Origin: a phage | Sequence record: PX393109.1 | Reading direction: 5' to 3' (one strand) | DNA length: 64,000 bases | In this document: positions 35,816-45,641 of the stretch, piece after piece | Numbering within the stretch: position 1 is the stretch's first letter | Layout of the letters: the number at the start of each line of letters is the position of its first letter | The notes under the pieces: generated by a model | What the model was told of the DNA's origin: nothing | The model's database searches: none | Seen by the model: only the letters and a program-made list of their open reading frames with translations | Translations under genes and position numbers: made by a program

Positions 35816-38437
35816 TTAAACTGTCTTAAAGGCTGGCGTATCTACGGAAGTTAATACTGCGCCATCAGGAACGTTAGACTGAAGTGCTGGGTACACATCA
35901 AAGTAATAATTACCACCATTGACATAACCACTGCGGACGATAGTACCGACGTAATCAGCGCCATCCGCACCACCACCTCCTGCTATTTTAACCTTACATC
36001 CGGCAGTCTTATAATACTGGCCAGTCCAGTTAAGGTTAGTCTTAGAGCGAATAGAGTTAGATCCAGAAGTAGCGGCAGCGACAGTTTCGTTGGAGTAGAA
36101 CAGAGCTCCAGGAGCAGTCACAGTAAACATAGTTCCGTCACTAGCAACAATAGTGTCGCCAGCCAGCAGAGCCATGCCATAAGGAGTACCGGTCTTGGTA
36201 TGGTAAATCACACCGTTCTGACGCCATGCTGGAGTACCACGGTAATGAGTCGCGGTAGTGGTCTTCTGAATAGGGAAGTTACAATCAGAGACCTCCAGAG
36301 TATCCACCGTGATGTTCTGGACAGTAACGTTAGCCGCACCGGTATTAGGATCAAGGCATTTCATGTTGGAGATGTTAGCAACCATCCACTTGTTACGGCG
36401 GTAGTTATCTCGAGCATCACCAGACGTGTATCGGAAGTCGAGAATGATTTTCTCAGCTGACCAGTCCGAGAGACGATACTCGGATGCCATACCCTGGAGA
36501 GATATGGTGGTAGCTTTGATATTCTTCATCTCGACAGTAGAGTTCAGAGTATCGGTAGTACATACCTCAACATGAACAGTACCAGTGATATTTACGTTAC
36601 GAATACGGATATTACGATGAGCGAAGGTATAGGCATTACTCACTGTACCCCACAGGAAGCGAATCATTTCCTCAGTACCATTAACTGGGGAGCCGATTAC
36701 GCCATCCACATCGATATCCTTACAACCGTAGGCGATAAGGCCTCCAGTATCCAGACCTACACCAGTTGACTTATTGGCATCTGGGTAAATCTCGATGTCT
36801 CGGATAGTGATGTTGCGGCATTTCTCCATATGGATACACTGCTTAGCACCCTTAACCTTAACGTTACTGATTACCACGTCTGACATATACTCGGAATCTG
36901 GAGCAGTCAGAGAGTAGTTACCAGTACCAGCCAGACCAATTGCAATACCCCAGTTGGCGTTACCAGTGCTAGTTGCGTCGACATTATCTACAGTGATGTT
37001 ATCGATTCTGGTATTGGTATCTGCTACTGCCAGGTTAATCTCAATAGGGTCGCTCTTCATGTCGAAGAACTGCAAGTTCTGCAGCAGAGTCGCAGTGAGC
37101 GGCTTGGAGGATGCAGGACTACCCTGACGGAGGTAACCATAATTACAGCGACGCATAATACCGTTAGTGACGAACAGCTGGCTATTAGCCGCTAATTGCT
37201 GACACAGCAGAGCAGCAGTCGCAGAACAGTCATTAATCTCGAACTGGTCGAGTTTAAAAATACCGTTTATGTGACGAATACCGCATTTGCTAAGGTTCAG
37301 CTTAGTTATGTCAGTATCACCATTAACCAGCAGCTGTGAACTAGCACCGGTACCAACTATGGTTAGGTTCTCGATCACTACACCGGAGATATCCACCGAT
37401 TGGTTAGCGATCTTGTAAGTACCCATACCCATAAGCTTAAGACCATAAGTCTTAGCCAGAGTAACAGCGGAGCGAAGAGCTGCTGTATCGTCCGTAGTAC
37501 CGTCGCCTTTAGCTCGAGCCATTTCTGGGGTGATGTATCGAATACCATCAGCCACCGTGCCACCATATCTCAGATAGACAATAGCAGCACCAGTAGTTTC
37601 GCCAGCAGTCATGAGCTCTGACTTAAGAGCACCAGAACCTACAGGAATCCACTTACCAGTCCCCTGTTCAGACTGAGATGGCTCCGGATCTCCATAATTA
37701 ACAACTTTAGGAAGAACACCATCCCATTTATAATACTCCCCATTTACTGAGAAGCTTACAGTCTGGACTCGGGTAGTGAGAGTCAGGCTCTGACCTTCAG
37801 ACAGATCAGTAAGTTTATAATTAACGAAACCTACTTTTTCTGAGATCTCTCTGGTAAGGCTATCGATGCGATCCTGGGTAACGCTAAGAGCATCACGAGA
37901 GTTCAGCTCGGCAGTCACCAGGACGCCCTTCGACAGCTTAATCTTAGTAAGAGTGATCTTGCGACTAATAACATCGATAGTGTAATCTTCTACGCGAGTA
38001 AGGCGGACACCACCTACGAATAGACGTACGCTGGTAAAGGAATAAGGAATATTAAACTCGAATTCCCCATCCTCCTGTACCTCGTAACTCCACTCGATAC
38101 CGCTCTGTACTCCTCCAGTCCAGTAGGATTCTTCGTAGAAGTTACCAGTAGTGGTAAACGGTACAGGACCAGTCCAGTAGTACAGCAGATTATCATATCT
38201 GACATACTGGCGGTCGTTCTCGATCACCATTCCGGAGGCATAGTTACCGAGGATATACATAGACTGACCAGCAGTCTGTTGCAACTCGTTAACGTTGCCT
38301 ATTGTTTCGGCAAGAGTCTCGTCTAATACTTTCTGCTGATTTTCTAACTCTCGAATATCGAGAGTCTGGTTATCATGCTGATAAGTATTAAGAGGAGCTC
38401 CGCCTAGTTCGCTAAATAACTTAGAACGACCGCCCAT
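35816..38437 (-). CDS. tailspike with right-handed beta-helix (pectate-lyase-like) domain
   Basis: Repetitive N/G/T-rich beta-helix-type coils; N-terminal region shares the YYWTG.P motif with other fibres. Confidence 0.6.
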   Translation of the reverse strand: MGGRSKLFSELGGAPLNTYQHDNQTLDIRELENQQKVLDETLAETIGNVNELQQTAGQSMYILGNYASGMVIENDRQYVRYDNLLYYWTGPVPFTTTGNFYEESYWTGGVQSGIEWSYEVQEDGEFEFNIPYSFTSVRLFVGGVRLTRVEDYTIDVISRKITLTKIKLSKGVLVTAELNSRDALSVTQDRIDSLTREISEKVGFVNYKLTDLSEGQSLTLTTRVQTVSFSVNGEYYKWDGVLPKVVNYGDPEPSQSEQGTGKWIPVGSGALKSELMTAGETTGAAIVYLRYGGTVADGIRYITPEMARAKGDGTTDDTAALRSAVTLAKTYGLKLMGMGTYKIANQSVDISGVVIENLTIVGTGASSQLLVNGDTDITKLNLSKCGIRHINGIFKLDQFEINDCSATAALLCQQLAANSQLFVTNGIMRRCNYGYLRQGSPASSKPLTATLLQNLQFFDMKSDPIEINLAVADTNTRIDNITVDNVDATSTGNANWGIAIGLAGTGNYSLTAPDSEYMSDVVISNVKVKGAKQCIHMEKCRNITIRDIEIYPDANKSTGVGLDTGGLIAYGCKDIDVDGVIGSPVNGTEEMIRFLWGTVSNAYTFAHRNIRIRNVNITGTVHVEVCTTDTLNSTVEMKNIKATTISLQGMASEYRLSDWSAEKIILDFRYTSGDARDNYRRNKWMVANISNMKCLDPNTGAANVTVQNITVDTLEVSDCNFPIQKTTTATHYRGTPAWRQNGVIYHTKTGTPYGMALLAGDTIVASDGTMFTVTAPGALFYSNETVAAATSGSNSIRSKTNLNWTGQYYKTAGCKVKIAGGGGADGADYVGTIVRSGYVNGGNYYFDVYPALQSNVPDGAVLTSVDTPAFKTV

Positions 38438-38561
38438 TGGTGATCTCCATAAAAATATTACATGATGTACAAATACTTAGTAACTTTAGGGTAGTGATTA
38501 GTTTAAGTTAAATCTTAAATTGAAGCCTCTCCCTTCTACTACCTACGGTAAAAGTCTTTAT

Positions 38562-41549
38562 TTACTGCTTCTTTTCAAGATCGGAAAGTCTGGCTTCGAT
38601 TCTTTCCAGTCTTCTTCTCTGGAATGCTGCCTCAGCAAAGAAAATTCCATCAGGTCTCACTCCCCACTCCTCACCCTCTTCGTGAATAACCACCTCGGTG
38701 TATACAGGCTCTTCCGTGGTAGTGACATTACCCTCCTCGTCAGTATGTTCAACGACTTCATAGTGAGAGAATACCATGTCTGTCATGCGAGGATATTTGT
38801 CGTAACACAGAACAGCATATCGGCAATCCGTGCTGTCCTCATCCATCAGACCGTGAGCAATGAATACATCACGGATCTGCTGAGCAATTACGCCAAAATG
38901 GATTCTAGCTTCATTCCCTTTTAGGTGTACAGAATCCAACCACTGGTACATAATGTAATGAACGTCTCCCCAAGCATCTAAAAAAGCATCATCAAAAACT
39001 ACCGGCTCTGTTTTCTTCTCTCCGTTAGAAGTAACAATAGGGTTGCTTCCGAGGTATGCAGTGGTGAAACGGTTGCTAGGACCACCAAGCGCAATGACGT
39101 TATCGTTATAAGGCTTAACATCAGCACTCCGAAACAGGTGCTCATCTCCGTTGTAAACTATCCTGCGAGAAGCTGTGTTACTCGCACCGTAAAGCGTAAT
39201 CTGTGCACCAGTAGAAGAACTGGTGCCGTCTCCTCCGCAAAATATGATACGCTGTCCTGCGGGGTTATTAGTCGGTACAGATTTCCCGATAAACCCATAC
39301 TCACCCTCCATTAAAACTTCAGAGCGAATGTTACTACTGGTGCTGGCTCTAATGACCACATGACCTAAACCCAAATCCCCTGTAAATTCCATTGGCGCAG
39401 GAACAGTGCGAGTTCCATTCGTATCAAAAAACACTGGAACCGCTCTGTCAGGTACAGCACCATACCTGAAATCACGAGAAACGCGATTGTCTGGACCGAT
39501 TTTCATTTTGTAACAATACAAATCTGAGGGATGACCGTCTGATTTGAATGGGTCCTTCTCTAAGTTATCTCCATACGTCCATGGGTTCAGATGGTCTTCC
39601 CCACCGAACATGTAATAGATATAACTATCTTTCACGACAACCGATCCGACACCGACTCCAGAGTTAACAATACCACCCTGATAAATCTGATCAGAGATGT
39701 TTACCCACTGAGTATTATCCAAGTTCCAGGTGTCGAGGTTCACTCGCGTGTAGAACGTTCGTGGGTAAGAACTGAAATATCGTTGATCCGGTGCGTTTGC
39801 TTCCCACTCGTTGTCTGCGCGTTCAGTACCGAAAAGAATCAGTTCGTTTCCTACCTTAGCGAATGGCAGGGTAGAGTGGTGTACGTTATTCGGAAACCTC
39901 AGCGATTGCCAGGTAATCCCCAGGTCGTTACTGCGATGAAGAGAACTACCAAGACGATCAGACCTGGTTCCACGGGTTACAACATAAAGAACACCGTCAA
40001 AATACTTAACGCAGGGTTCTGACGCATCTGGCTCATATTCAGCAGGAATACGTCGTTTCTGGTAAAGACCAGGATTGTTGAACGCATCAGGGAAATACAA
40101 CATACCTACTTCACGCGGAGCAACATCACCCTGGTGGTACCCCATCATGAATGAGTCGTTATTGATGGCGGTAAAACTATGAACCTCGGTAACCATAGGG
40201 ATCAATCCAAGACTGGTTTTACGCCATGGTGACTGATGGAACGATGTCCCCATATGCCAGCGGTTGGTAGAGTTATTTTGGTCGAATGCTTGTTGATTTG
40301 GTGTGGTAACTGTGAACGTGTTGCGGTCAATAACTGAAGTTACAGTCATATTCCCAGAAACTCCAGTCACCCCAGAGTTTGAGAAGTTAACAAAATCCCC
40401 AGCAAAAAGACCGTGTTCGGGGATGGTAATTACAGCCACAGACTGGTTGGCCGCTTTTGTTATACCACCTGTCAGATGGTAGTTACGGGACATGGGGCGA
40501 TCCCACAACTCACAGGTCACTAATGCGTTAGCTGCTAAAGTACGGGTCTCAATCATCGCAAAGAGACGATTACGCATCACTCCCATACTCATACAGTGGT
40601 AGTTAACTGTTGGGTAATTAGGGTGTAGGTCAGTTAGCCACTCCGGGGTCGTCCAGGTCTGCCCGTCATCTCCTGAGCGAACCCAGGATACATGAAGCCT
40701 GCTAACCCCGTGCCGATCGCTAGCCATGAACGGACAGTAAATAACATCGTCGTAAACGAACGCTTTATCCTGAGGCCAAGCATTGTAATAAGGGGTATCG
40801 GTTATTTTAATTAACTCGCCCTGAACAAACTCGTCAGACACATAATAAAGCGGCTGGCCAGGAATACGCTCATAAACGAAACGAGTGTTGACGAATCTGC
40901 TAATATCTGGAAGCGCGGATACTTTATAGGTTCTACCGTTACCATTAATTTTCTGACCTACTGGAGCAGCGCTTAACAGATTATTAAGAGCCACAGTATC
41001 ATCGACTAATCCATCACCTTTAGCTCCCCAACCACGAGGGTCGAAAATGTCACGCCATCGAGCAATCTGCAATTCGGGGTATTTTGTTGCACCATCCGGG
41101 TCTGATATTTGCCCTCGCAGTGCGGTATCACCAATACTAGCCCAAGCATCAGAAGAGACACCACCAGTAGTTAGCGGTGATGAGTTAGCATATACAGTTT
41201 TAGGGAACACACCACCCCACACGTAGCACTGGCCACCATCAATATGCCAGACAGCATCCTTTTTACTGTTTACTGTAGCACCTTCTTCAAAAGTGCCAAC
41301 AAGAGTTAGTCCTAAGTCACCTAGTAATAACTTCCACTGTTCTTTAGTATTATTAATTATCGATAAATTAGACTTTTTTAAAATGGAGGTTCTAGTAGCT
41401 AATTGGGTTATTGGATGATTAATATGTCCGGATACTGGTTCATCCTTAGAATTAGTAACTAGTTGACCGCCTTCTGCCCTATCCGTCTTTTCTAAGCGGC
41501 GAATAGTCTCGGGCCAAGTTGACCCTTCTACAATTGGATTATAAGACAT
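38562..41549 (-). CDS. sialidase-like (BNR/Asp-box) tailspike with C-terminal intramolecular chaperone domain
   Basis: Asp-boxes SGDDGQTW and SNDLGITW; C-terminal HFGVIAQQI and terminal coiled coil resemble an S74-type auto-processing chaperone; N-terminal CYVWGGVFPKTV motif. Confidence 0.6.
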   Translation of the reverse strand: MSYNPIVEGSTWPETIRRLEKTDRAEGGQLVTNSKDEPVSGHINHPITQLATRTSILKKSNLSIINNTKEQWKLLLGDLGLTLVGTFEEGATVNSKKDAVWHIDGGQCYVWGGVFPKTVYANSSPLTTGGVSSDAWASIGDTALRGQISDPDGATKYPELQIARWRDIFDPRGWGAKGDGLVDDTVALNNLLSAAPVGQKINGNGRTYKVSALPDISRFVNTRFVYERIPGQPLYYVSDEFVQGELIKITDTPYYNAWPQDKAFVYDDVIYCPFMASDRHGVSRLHVSWVRSGDDGQTWTTPEWLTDLHPNYPTVNYHCMSMGVMRNRLFAMIETRTLAANALVTCELWDRPMSRNYHLTGGITKAANQSVAVITIPEHGLFAGDFVNFSNSGVTGVSGNMTVTSVIDRNTFTVTTPNQQAFDQNNSTNRWHMGTSFHQSPWRKTSLGLIPMVTEVHSFTAINNDSFMMGYHQGDVAPREVGMLYFPDAFNNPGLYQKRRIPAEYEPDASEPCVKYFDGVLYVVTRGTRSDRLGSSLHRSNDLGITWQSLRFPNNVHHSTLPFAKVGNELILFGTERADNEWEANAPDQRYFSSYPRTFYTRVNLDTWNLDNTQWVNISDQIYQGGIVNSGVGVGSVVVKDSYIYYMFGGEDHLNPWTYGDNLEKDPFKSDGHPSDLYCYKMKIGPDNRVSRDFRYGAVPDRAVPVFFDTNGTRTVPAPMEFTGDLGLGHVVIRASTSSNIRSEVLMEGEYGFIGKSVPTNNPAGQRIIFCGGDGTSSSTGAQITLYGASNTASRRIVYNGDEHLFRSADVKPYNDNVIALGGPSNRFTTAYLGSNPIVTSNGEKKTEPVVFDDAFLDAWGDVHYIMYQWLDSVHLKGNEARIHFGVIAQQIRDVFIAHGLMDEDSTDCRYAVLCYDKYPRMTDMVFSHYEVVEHTDEEGNVTTTEEPVYTEVVIHEEGEEWGVRPDGIFFAEAAFQRRRLERIEARLSDLEKKQ

Positions 41550-41624
41550 TTAATCACCCTATGATATTGTCAACACTTCGTTTATCATAACCCATGTACA
41601 AGTTGCACCTGCTATTGTAGCTAT

Positions 41625-42248
41625 TTATTTAGCTCGAACGATGTACAGAAATGCTACGTTCTTTGGTACAATTTCATTGGTGCCGTTTCGTCCATATACT
41701 GAAGATGATCGTGATGCCAAGAAGTTAATTACTGTAGGATACTTAGAGGTATCGTTAATATCCATTGGAAGTCCAGCTAATCTATAATACTGACCTTTAG
41801 TATTAGTACCGTAGAGTGATCCAGAACCAAATCCTGATGCTGTGCTTTCCCAGATTGATGCATTCTCAGTATTAACAGTCCTGAACCACCCAAATATTTC
41901 TGGGGCAGAATCTGACTGACCAGTATTGATCGTTCGCCCTGCATCCATGCCTCTGCCATCATCATAACCACGGATAAATTGTGCACGTAGATCTTGTAAC
42001 TGATTAGTTGTCCATAGCTTAGCCAGTTCTGGGTATGTTTCTGGATCGAATACCTGACCATTCATCTTCAGAAATCGCATACCTTTCATTGAGGTGAATA
42101 TCTCATCAGGCATCTTGGTAGGATGGACCCATGGGAATGGTACTCCGATTAATGGAGCTCCATTACCGATACCTAGCTGGCGTAGATATGCTTCAACTTC
42201 AGCATCTGTACCTTCGTTCATTAAGTACTTAAGACGAGTGAGGCTCAT
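41625..42248 (-). CDS. stand-alone tail-fibre tip paralog (collar-like domain)
   Basis: GVPFPW..PTKMPDE...KGMRF...FIRGYDDGRGMDAGRTI is homologous to the C-terminus of the 480-aa fibre. Confidence 0.55.
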   Translation of the reverse strand: MSLTRLKYLMNEGTDAEVEAYLRQLGIGNGAPLIGVPFPWVHPTKMPDEIFTSMKGMRFLKMNGQVFDPETYPELAKLWTTNQLQDLRAQFIRGYDDGRGMDAGRTINTGQSDSAPEIFGWFRTVNTENASIWESTASGFGSGSLYGTNTKGQYYRLAGLPMDINDTSKYPTVINFLASRSSSVYGRNGTNEIVPKNVAFLYIVRAK

Positions 42249-42323
42249 AATGACACCTCACTTACAATCATGATACTATCTGGAGTCATGTAATTAATTG
42301 ACATAACTACCCCTTATTAAATA

Positions 42324-42932
42324 TTACTTGGCAGGTGCTTCTGGCCATACGATAGTATCAGGATCAGTAGTTTCAATAGCTTCTACTTCCTCTTGATAAT
42401 CTAGCCATAAATTGAACTTGACTTTATCAGCATCGCTCAGTCGACCCATTGCCAGTTTGGATGGCCACTGCTTACTATTGATATAAGCATTAGCATCTTC
42501 AATCAGTGCTACTTTCTTAGCATCAGCTGCAGCTACCTTAGATTCGTACTCGGCAACCTCATCCAGTACCCAAGCACTCGTATCTTCATCCCACTTATCA
42601 TGGATTGAAGTAGGTGCGATGATCGTATAAGTGTCATCGATAGGACCAAGCTCCTGGATAGTGACCTTAGTTTGATCATCTTTTGAGTAAACTTCTACTC
42701 CACGGTGATCTTCTACGTATTCCCACTTCTTGGTATCTTCATGATATACTCGTGCATATCCTTCACGTTCTTCAAGTACTGGAACGATGGTGGAGTGAGC
42801 TGGTACTGATACGCCTACGTAGATAAACTCTTCACGATTAAACGTGAACTCATGAGTGTTCTCATTGTAGTTATAAACCATCACCTTACCAGAAGTGGTG
42901 GCAAAACCTTGATCGTTAAATTCAATACTCAT
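42324..42932 (-). CDS. tail fibre assembly protein (Tfa-like chaperone)
   Basis: C-terminal KVKFNLWLDYQEEVEAIETTDPDTIVWPEAP is typical of the Tfa family; directly downstream of a fibre gene. Confidence 0.75.
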   Translation of the reverse strand: MSIEFNDQGFATTSGKVMVYNYNENTHEFTFNREEFIYVGVSVPAHSTIVPVLEEREGYARVYHEDTKKWEYVEDHRGVEVYSKDDQTKVTIQELGPIDDTYTIIAPTSIHDKWDEDTSAWVLDEVAEYESKVAAADAKKVALIEDANAYINSKQWPSKLAMGRLSDADKVKFNLWLDYQEEVEAIETTDPDTIVWPEAPAK

Positions 42933-44374
42933 TATAATGCCCTTACAATAATGTTGTATGCGACGTTACGTGGACGTGTCTCATTCGGAAGATTATCAAC
43001 TATGTTAGTAGTCCTCATATTCTTACTAAGATCATCCAACTCACCACGAGCTCCGGCATGTAGCGTGACATTGTAAGAATTACCTGGTAGCTGAACTGGA
43101 CTGCCATTAGTTTTGATCTGAGTATTATGAATATGTTCCTGAATAGATTGTGATTGACTACTCAAGATAGTTCTTCCTGCATCAACGTTTCTACCGTCAT
43201 CCCAACCACGTATAAATTCACCACGTAGATCAGGTAACTTATTAGTAGGATAAACAGTAGCTAACTTAGGATACAGTTCAGCATCGAAGTTATCACCACG
43301 AGCTTGGATGAAGTGCATACCTTTCAGTTCAGGATATACTTCATCCGGCATCTTATCCGATGGCCAGTAGAAGGGTACACCAATCATCGGTACACCGAAT
43401 TCATACTTGGTCTTATCCATCTTACCAGCTAATGTGACCAGTACTTGCTGCAGATCTGCCACACCAGCATTAGCGATACCTGCGAATAACTTGACTACCC
43501 AGCATCCAATAGCCGCATTAGGACGTACTTCATCAGTACCGTCACGACCATAAGATGGACTAGATACTGAAGCATCAATTCTTATATCTAGTACTCCACT
43601 ATTAGTACTAGATACAGCATTAGACATTTTACCATTATACTCAGCGATTATCGATGAGTTAGATGGTACACCTGATCCGAAGATGTTAACTATATTACTA
43701 ACTGAGCCAGTAATATTAGGTGCACCATTCTGTAGTACTTTACCGGTACGAGCTGTATCACCATTATCACCACGGATGTGCAATCCCTTTATGGAATCAC
43801 TCAGCTTACCATTTAGGTCAGGTACTCGAAAAGTAGTCGTACCATCACCAGTAGTATAACAGTGACGCTTAGTAGGATCAGCTACCCAGTCAGCTTCAGG
43901 ACATACTTGTACTAGTCCAGCATTAATTGCTGCCCAAGTATCAGGATACAAGATACGTGAGAAGATACCACCATCAGCTGCTACGAATCCACCCCATAAT
44001 GGTGACCCTAATAACTTACGAGAGGATAACCACTTAACTTCCAATAAGTTACCAGCACCCATTTGGTCGATCGACCAAGGTACCCAGTTAGAATGGGTGA
44101 TAGGTGCGTTTGCAATATCTACTGGGAAGTTACCCTTCCATGAATATGCACGCTGACGATCAAGAGATACTACTAGATCGAATCGGTTAGATAAGATACC
44201 ACCGAACTCAAAAGTAGCTGCCAGATTGTAACCACAATCGGCTAAGTCATTCGCCCACAACTCGATGATGTTATCTTGGTTGTTCTTAATCTTAGGAGTC
44301 AATTCATTACGAAGTTCACCAGCACCATCAGATGGATTGAAACCAATATAACCACCCATATTAGTTCTCCACAA
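42932..44374 (-). CDS. tail fibre protein with C-terminal collar-like domain
   Basis: GVPFYWPSDKMPDEVYPELKGMHF...LPDLRGEFIRGWDDGR; N-terminal YSWKGNFP motif. Confidence 0.65.
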   Translation of the reverse strand: MWRTNMGGYIGFNPSDGAGELRNELTPKIKNNQDNIIELWANDLADCGYNLAATFEFGGILSNRFDLVVSLDRQRAYSWKGNFPVDIANAPITHSNWVPWSIDQMGAGNLLEVKWLSSRKLLGSPLWGGFVAADGGIFSRILYPDTWAAINAGLVQVCPEADWVADPTKRHCYTTGDGTTTFRVPDLNGKLSDSIKGLHIRGDNGDTARTGKVLQNGAPNITGSVSNIVNIFGSGVPSNSSIIAEYNGKMSNAVSSTNSGVLDIRIDASVSSPSYGRDGTDEVRPNAAIGCWVVKLFAGIANAGVADLQQVLVTLAGKMDKTKYEFGVPMIGVPFYWPSDKMPDEVYPELKGMHFIQARGDNFDAELYPKLATVYPTNKLPDLRGEFIRGWDDGRNVDAGRTILSSQSQSIQEHIHNTQIKTNGSPVQLPGNSYNVTLHAGARGELDDLSKNMRTTNIVDNLPNETRPRNVAYNIIVRAL

Positions 44375-44702
44375 TGGAAAGAGTCAGGTCTACCATGTTC
44401 GAGTTATTAGAAGTATCTACAGCGGATGCTGAAGCTACTACCTGATCACCATCCATGAGAATTACCTTAGCAGAATCGATATTCAATGCCGACTTCTGAG
44501 GAAGATTAGTGTCTTTACCTAGCAGGTAGACATCATTTCCAGATGCTGGTTTAATCTTAAGCTGGAACTGAGCTGCAGCATCTGTAACACCATTATGGGC
44601 TGCCAGGATTCCAACGATTATAGCACCAGTAGCCGGAGTAGTATAAATGGTAGATTCAGATTTAGTTAGCGTAGCGCTAGCTCGTTTAAATTTAGCTGCC
44701 AT
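44361..44702 (-). CDS. small structural protein
   Basis: ORF within the fibre locus. Confidence 0.45.
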   Translation of the reverse strand: MAAKFKRASATLTKSESTIYTTPATGAIIVGILAAHNGVTDAAAQFQLKIKPASGNDVYLLGKDTNLPQKSALNIDSAKVILMDGDQVVASASAVDTSNNSNMVDLTLSIVEN

Positions 44703-44711
44703 GAGTATTCC

Positions 44712-45629
44712 TTAGAAAATTAGAGCATTTATGAAAGCTGCATTTTCTACTTCGTTTATGCGAGTAGTTAGAGCATTCTCTACACTATCTAACTGGGCAA
44801 CAGTAGCATAGCGATACAGAGCACCAGTCTTAACAGGAACCCATTTACCATCACCAATACCGTCCGCTTCAGGAGTACTGTTAGCATTTACGGTCTTCGG
44901 AAAATCGCCATCCCAGCGATACAGAACACCATCATGCATAACTATGCAGTGGTTCTGACGTAGAGTAAAGCCAGTACTGAAGTCGCCTCCAGTAAAGTAC
45001 TTATACTCTTCTAATTCGACGGCGTAAGCAGATAAGTCTACTCCACCATTGCTATGTACGAACCATCCGCCAGCTGTTAAGCTAACGATAGTTGATCCCT
45101 CTGGAATACCCATCGGCAAACGATAGGCTTCCTGGGAGGCTAAGTCATACAATACACGAAAGCCGTCGAGAGGACGACCTACTTTCATGAACTGGACTTC
45201 TTCGGTCTTAACTCGGAATGCCCGAGCAACCATGTCCACTTGACGTTGGTTTACCGGAATCACCTCAGTCCATAACCCATCAGGATTACTTTCTGGGTCG
45301 AAAATCCCACCGGTATCTTCTGGAGATGAGTTCTCGGCGACCGATTTGGGGAAGGAGCCTAGCCAGTAATACCACTTGCCAGACACCTCGTCATACACAC
45401 CATCCCCAGAGTCCTGGAGATCAAACCCTATCCCGAAAGTACCTACTGGGTTAATCCCATAGATATCCAGGAATGAATTCAATGCCAGACTACGGAGATA
45501 TGTAGTTCTGTCGGTAAGATTCTTAATGGGTACGTTATCAATACCGTCATCACCACCCGACACTTTGTCAGTACGTTCGAAGGTATAGATGTCCTCTACG
45601 TACTGATTTTTACCCTGATAAGTACCCAT
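44712..45629 (-). CDS. tail fibre protein (paralog family, internal repeat)
   Basis: N-terminus FERTDKVSGGDDGIDNVPIKNLTDRTTYLRSLA; two copies of the W.G.FPK.V...S.PE motif. Confidence 0.6.
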   Translation of the reverse strand: MGTYQGKNQYVEDIYTFERTDKVSGGDDGIDNVPIKNLTDRTTYLRSLALNSFLDIYGINPVGTFGIGFDLQDSGDGVYDEVSGKWYYWLGSFPKSVAENSSPEDTGGIFDPESNPDGLWTEVIPVNQRQVDMVARAFRVKTEEVQFMKVGRPLDGFRVLYDLASQEAYRLPMGIPEGSTIVSLTAGGWFVHSNGGVDLSAYAVELEEYKYFTGGDFSTGFTLRQNHCIVMHDGVLYRWDGDFPKTVNANSTPEADGIGDGKWVPVKTGALYRYATVAQLDSVENALTTRINEVENAAFINALIF

Positions 45630-45641
45630 TTCGATATCCTA

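Noticed and set aside
39591-40022. 143-aa + strand ORF inside the sialidase-like tailspike gene
   Set aside because: Antisense shadow ORF within a long - strand CDS.
41625-44374. Mu-like invertible G segment for tail fibre switching
   Set aside because: The paralogous tip ORF is on the same strand as the main fibre and Tfa, with no inverted second Tfa copy and no invertase gene seen in the window.
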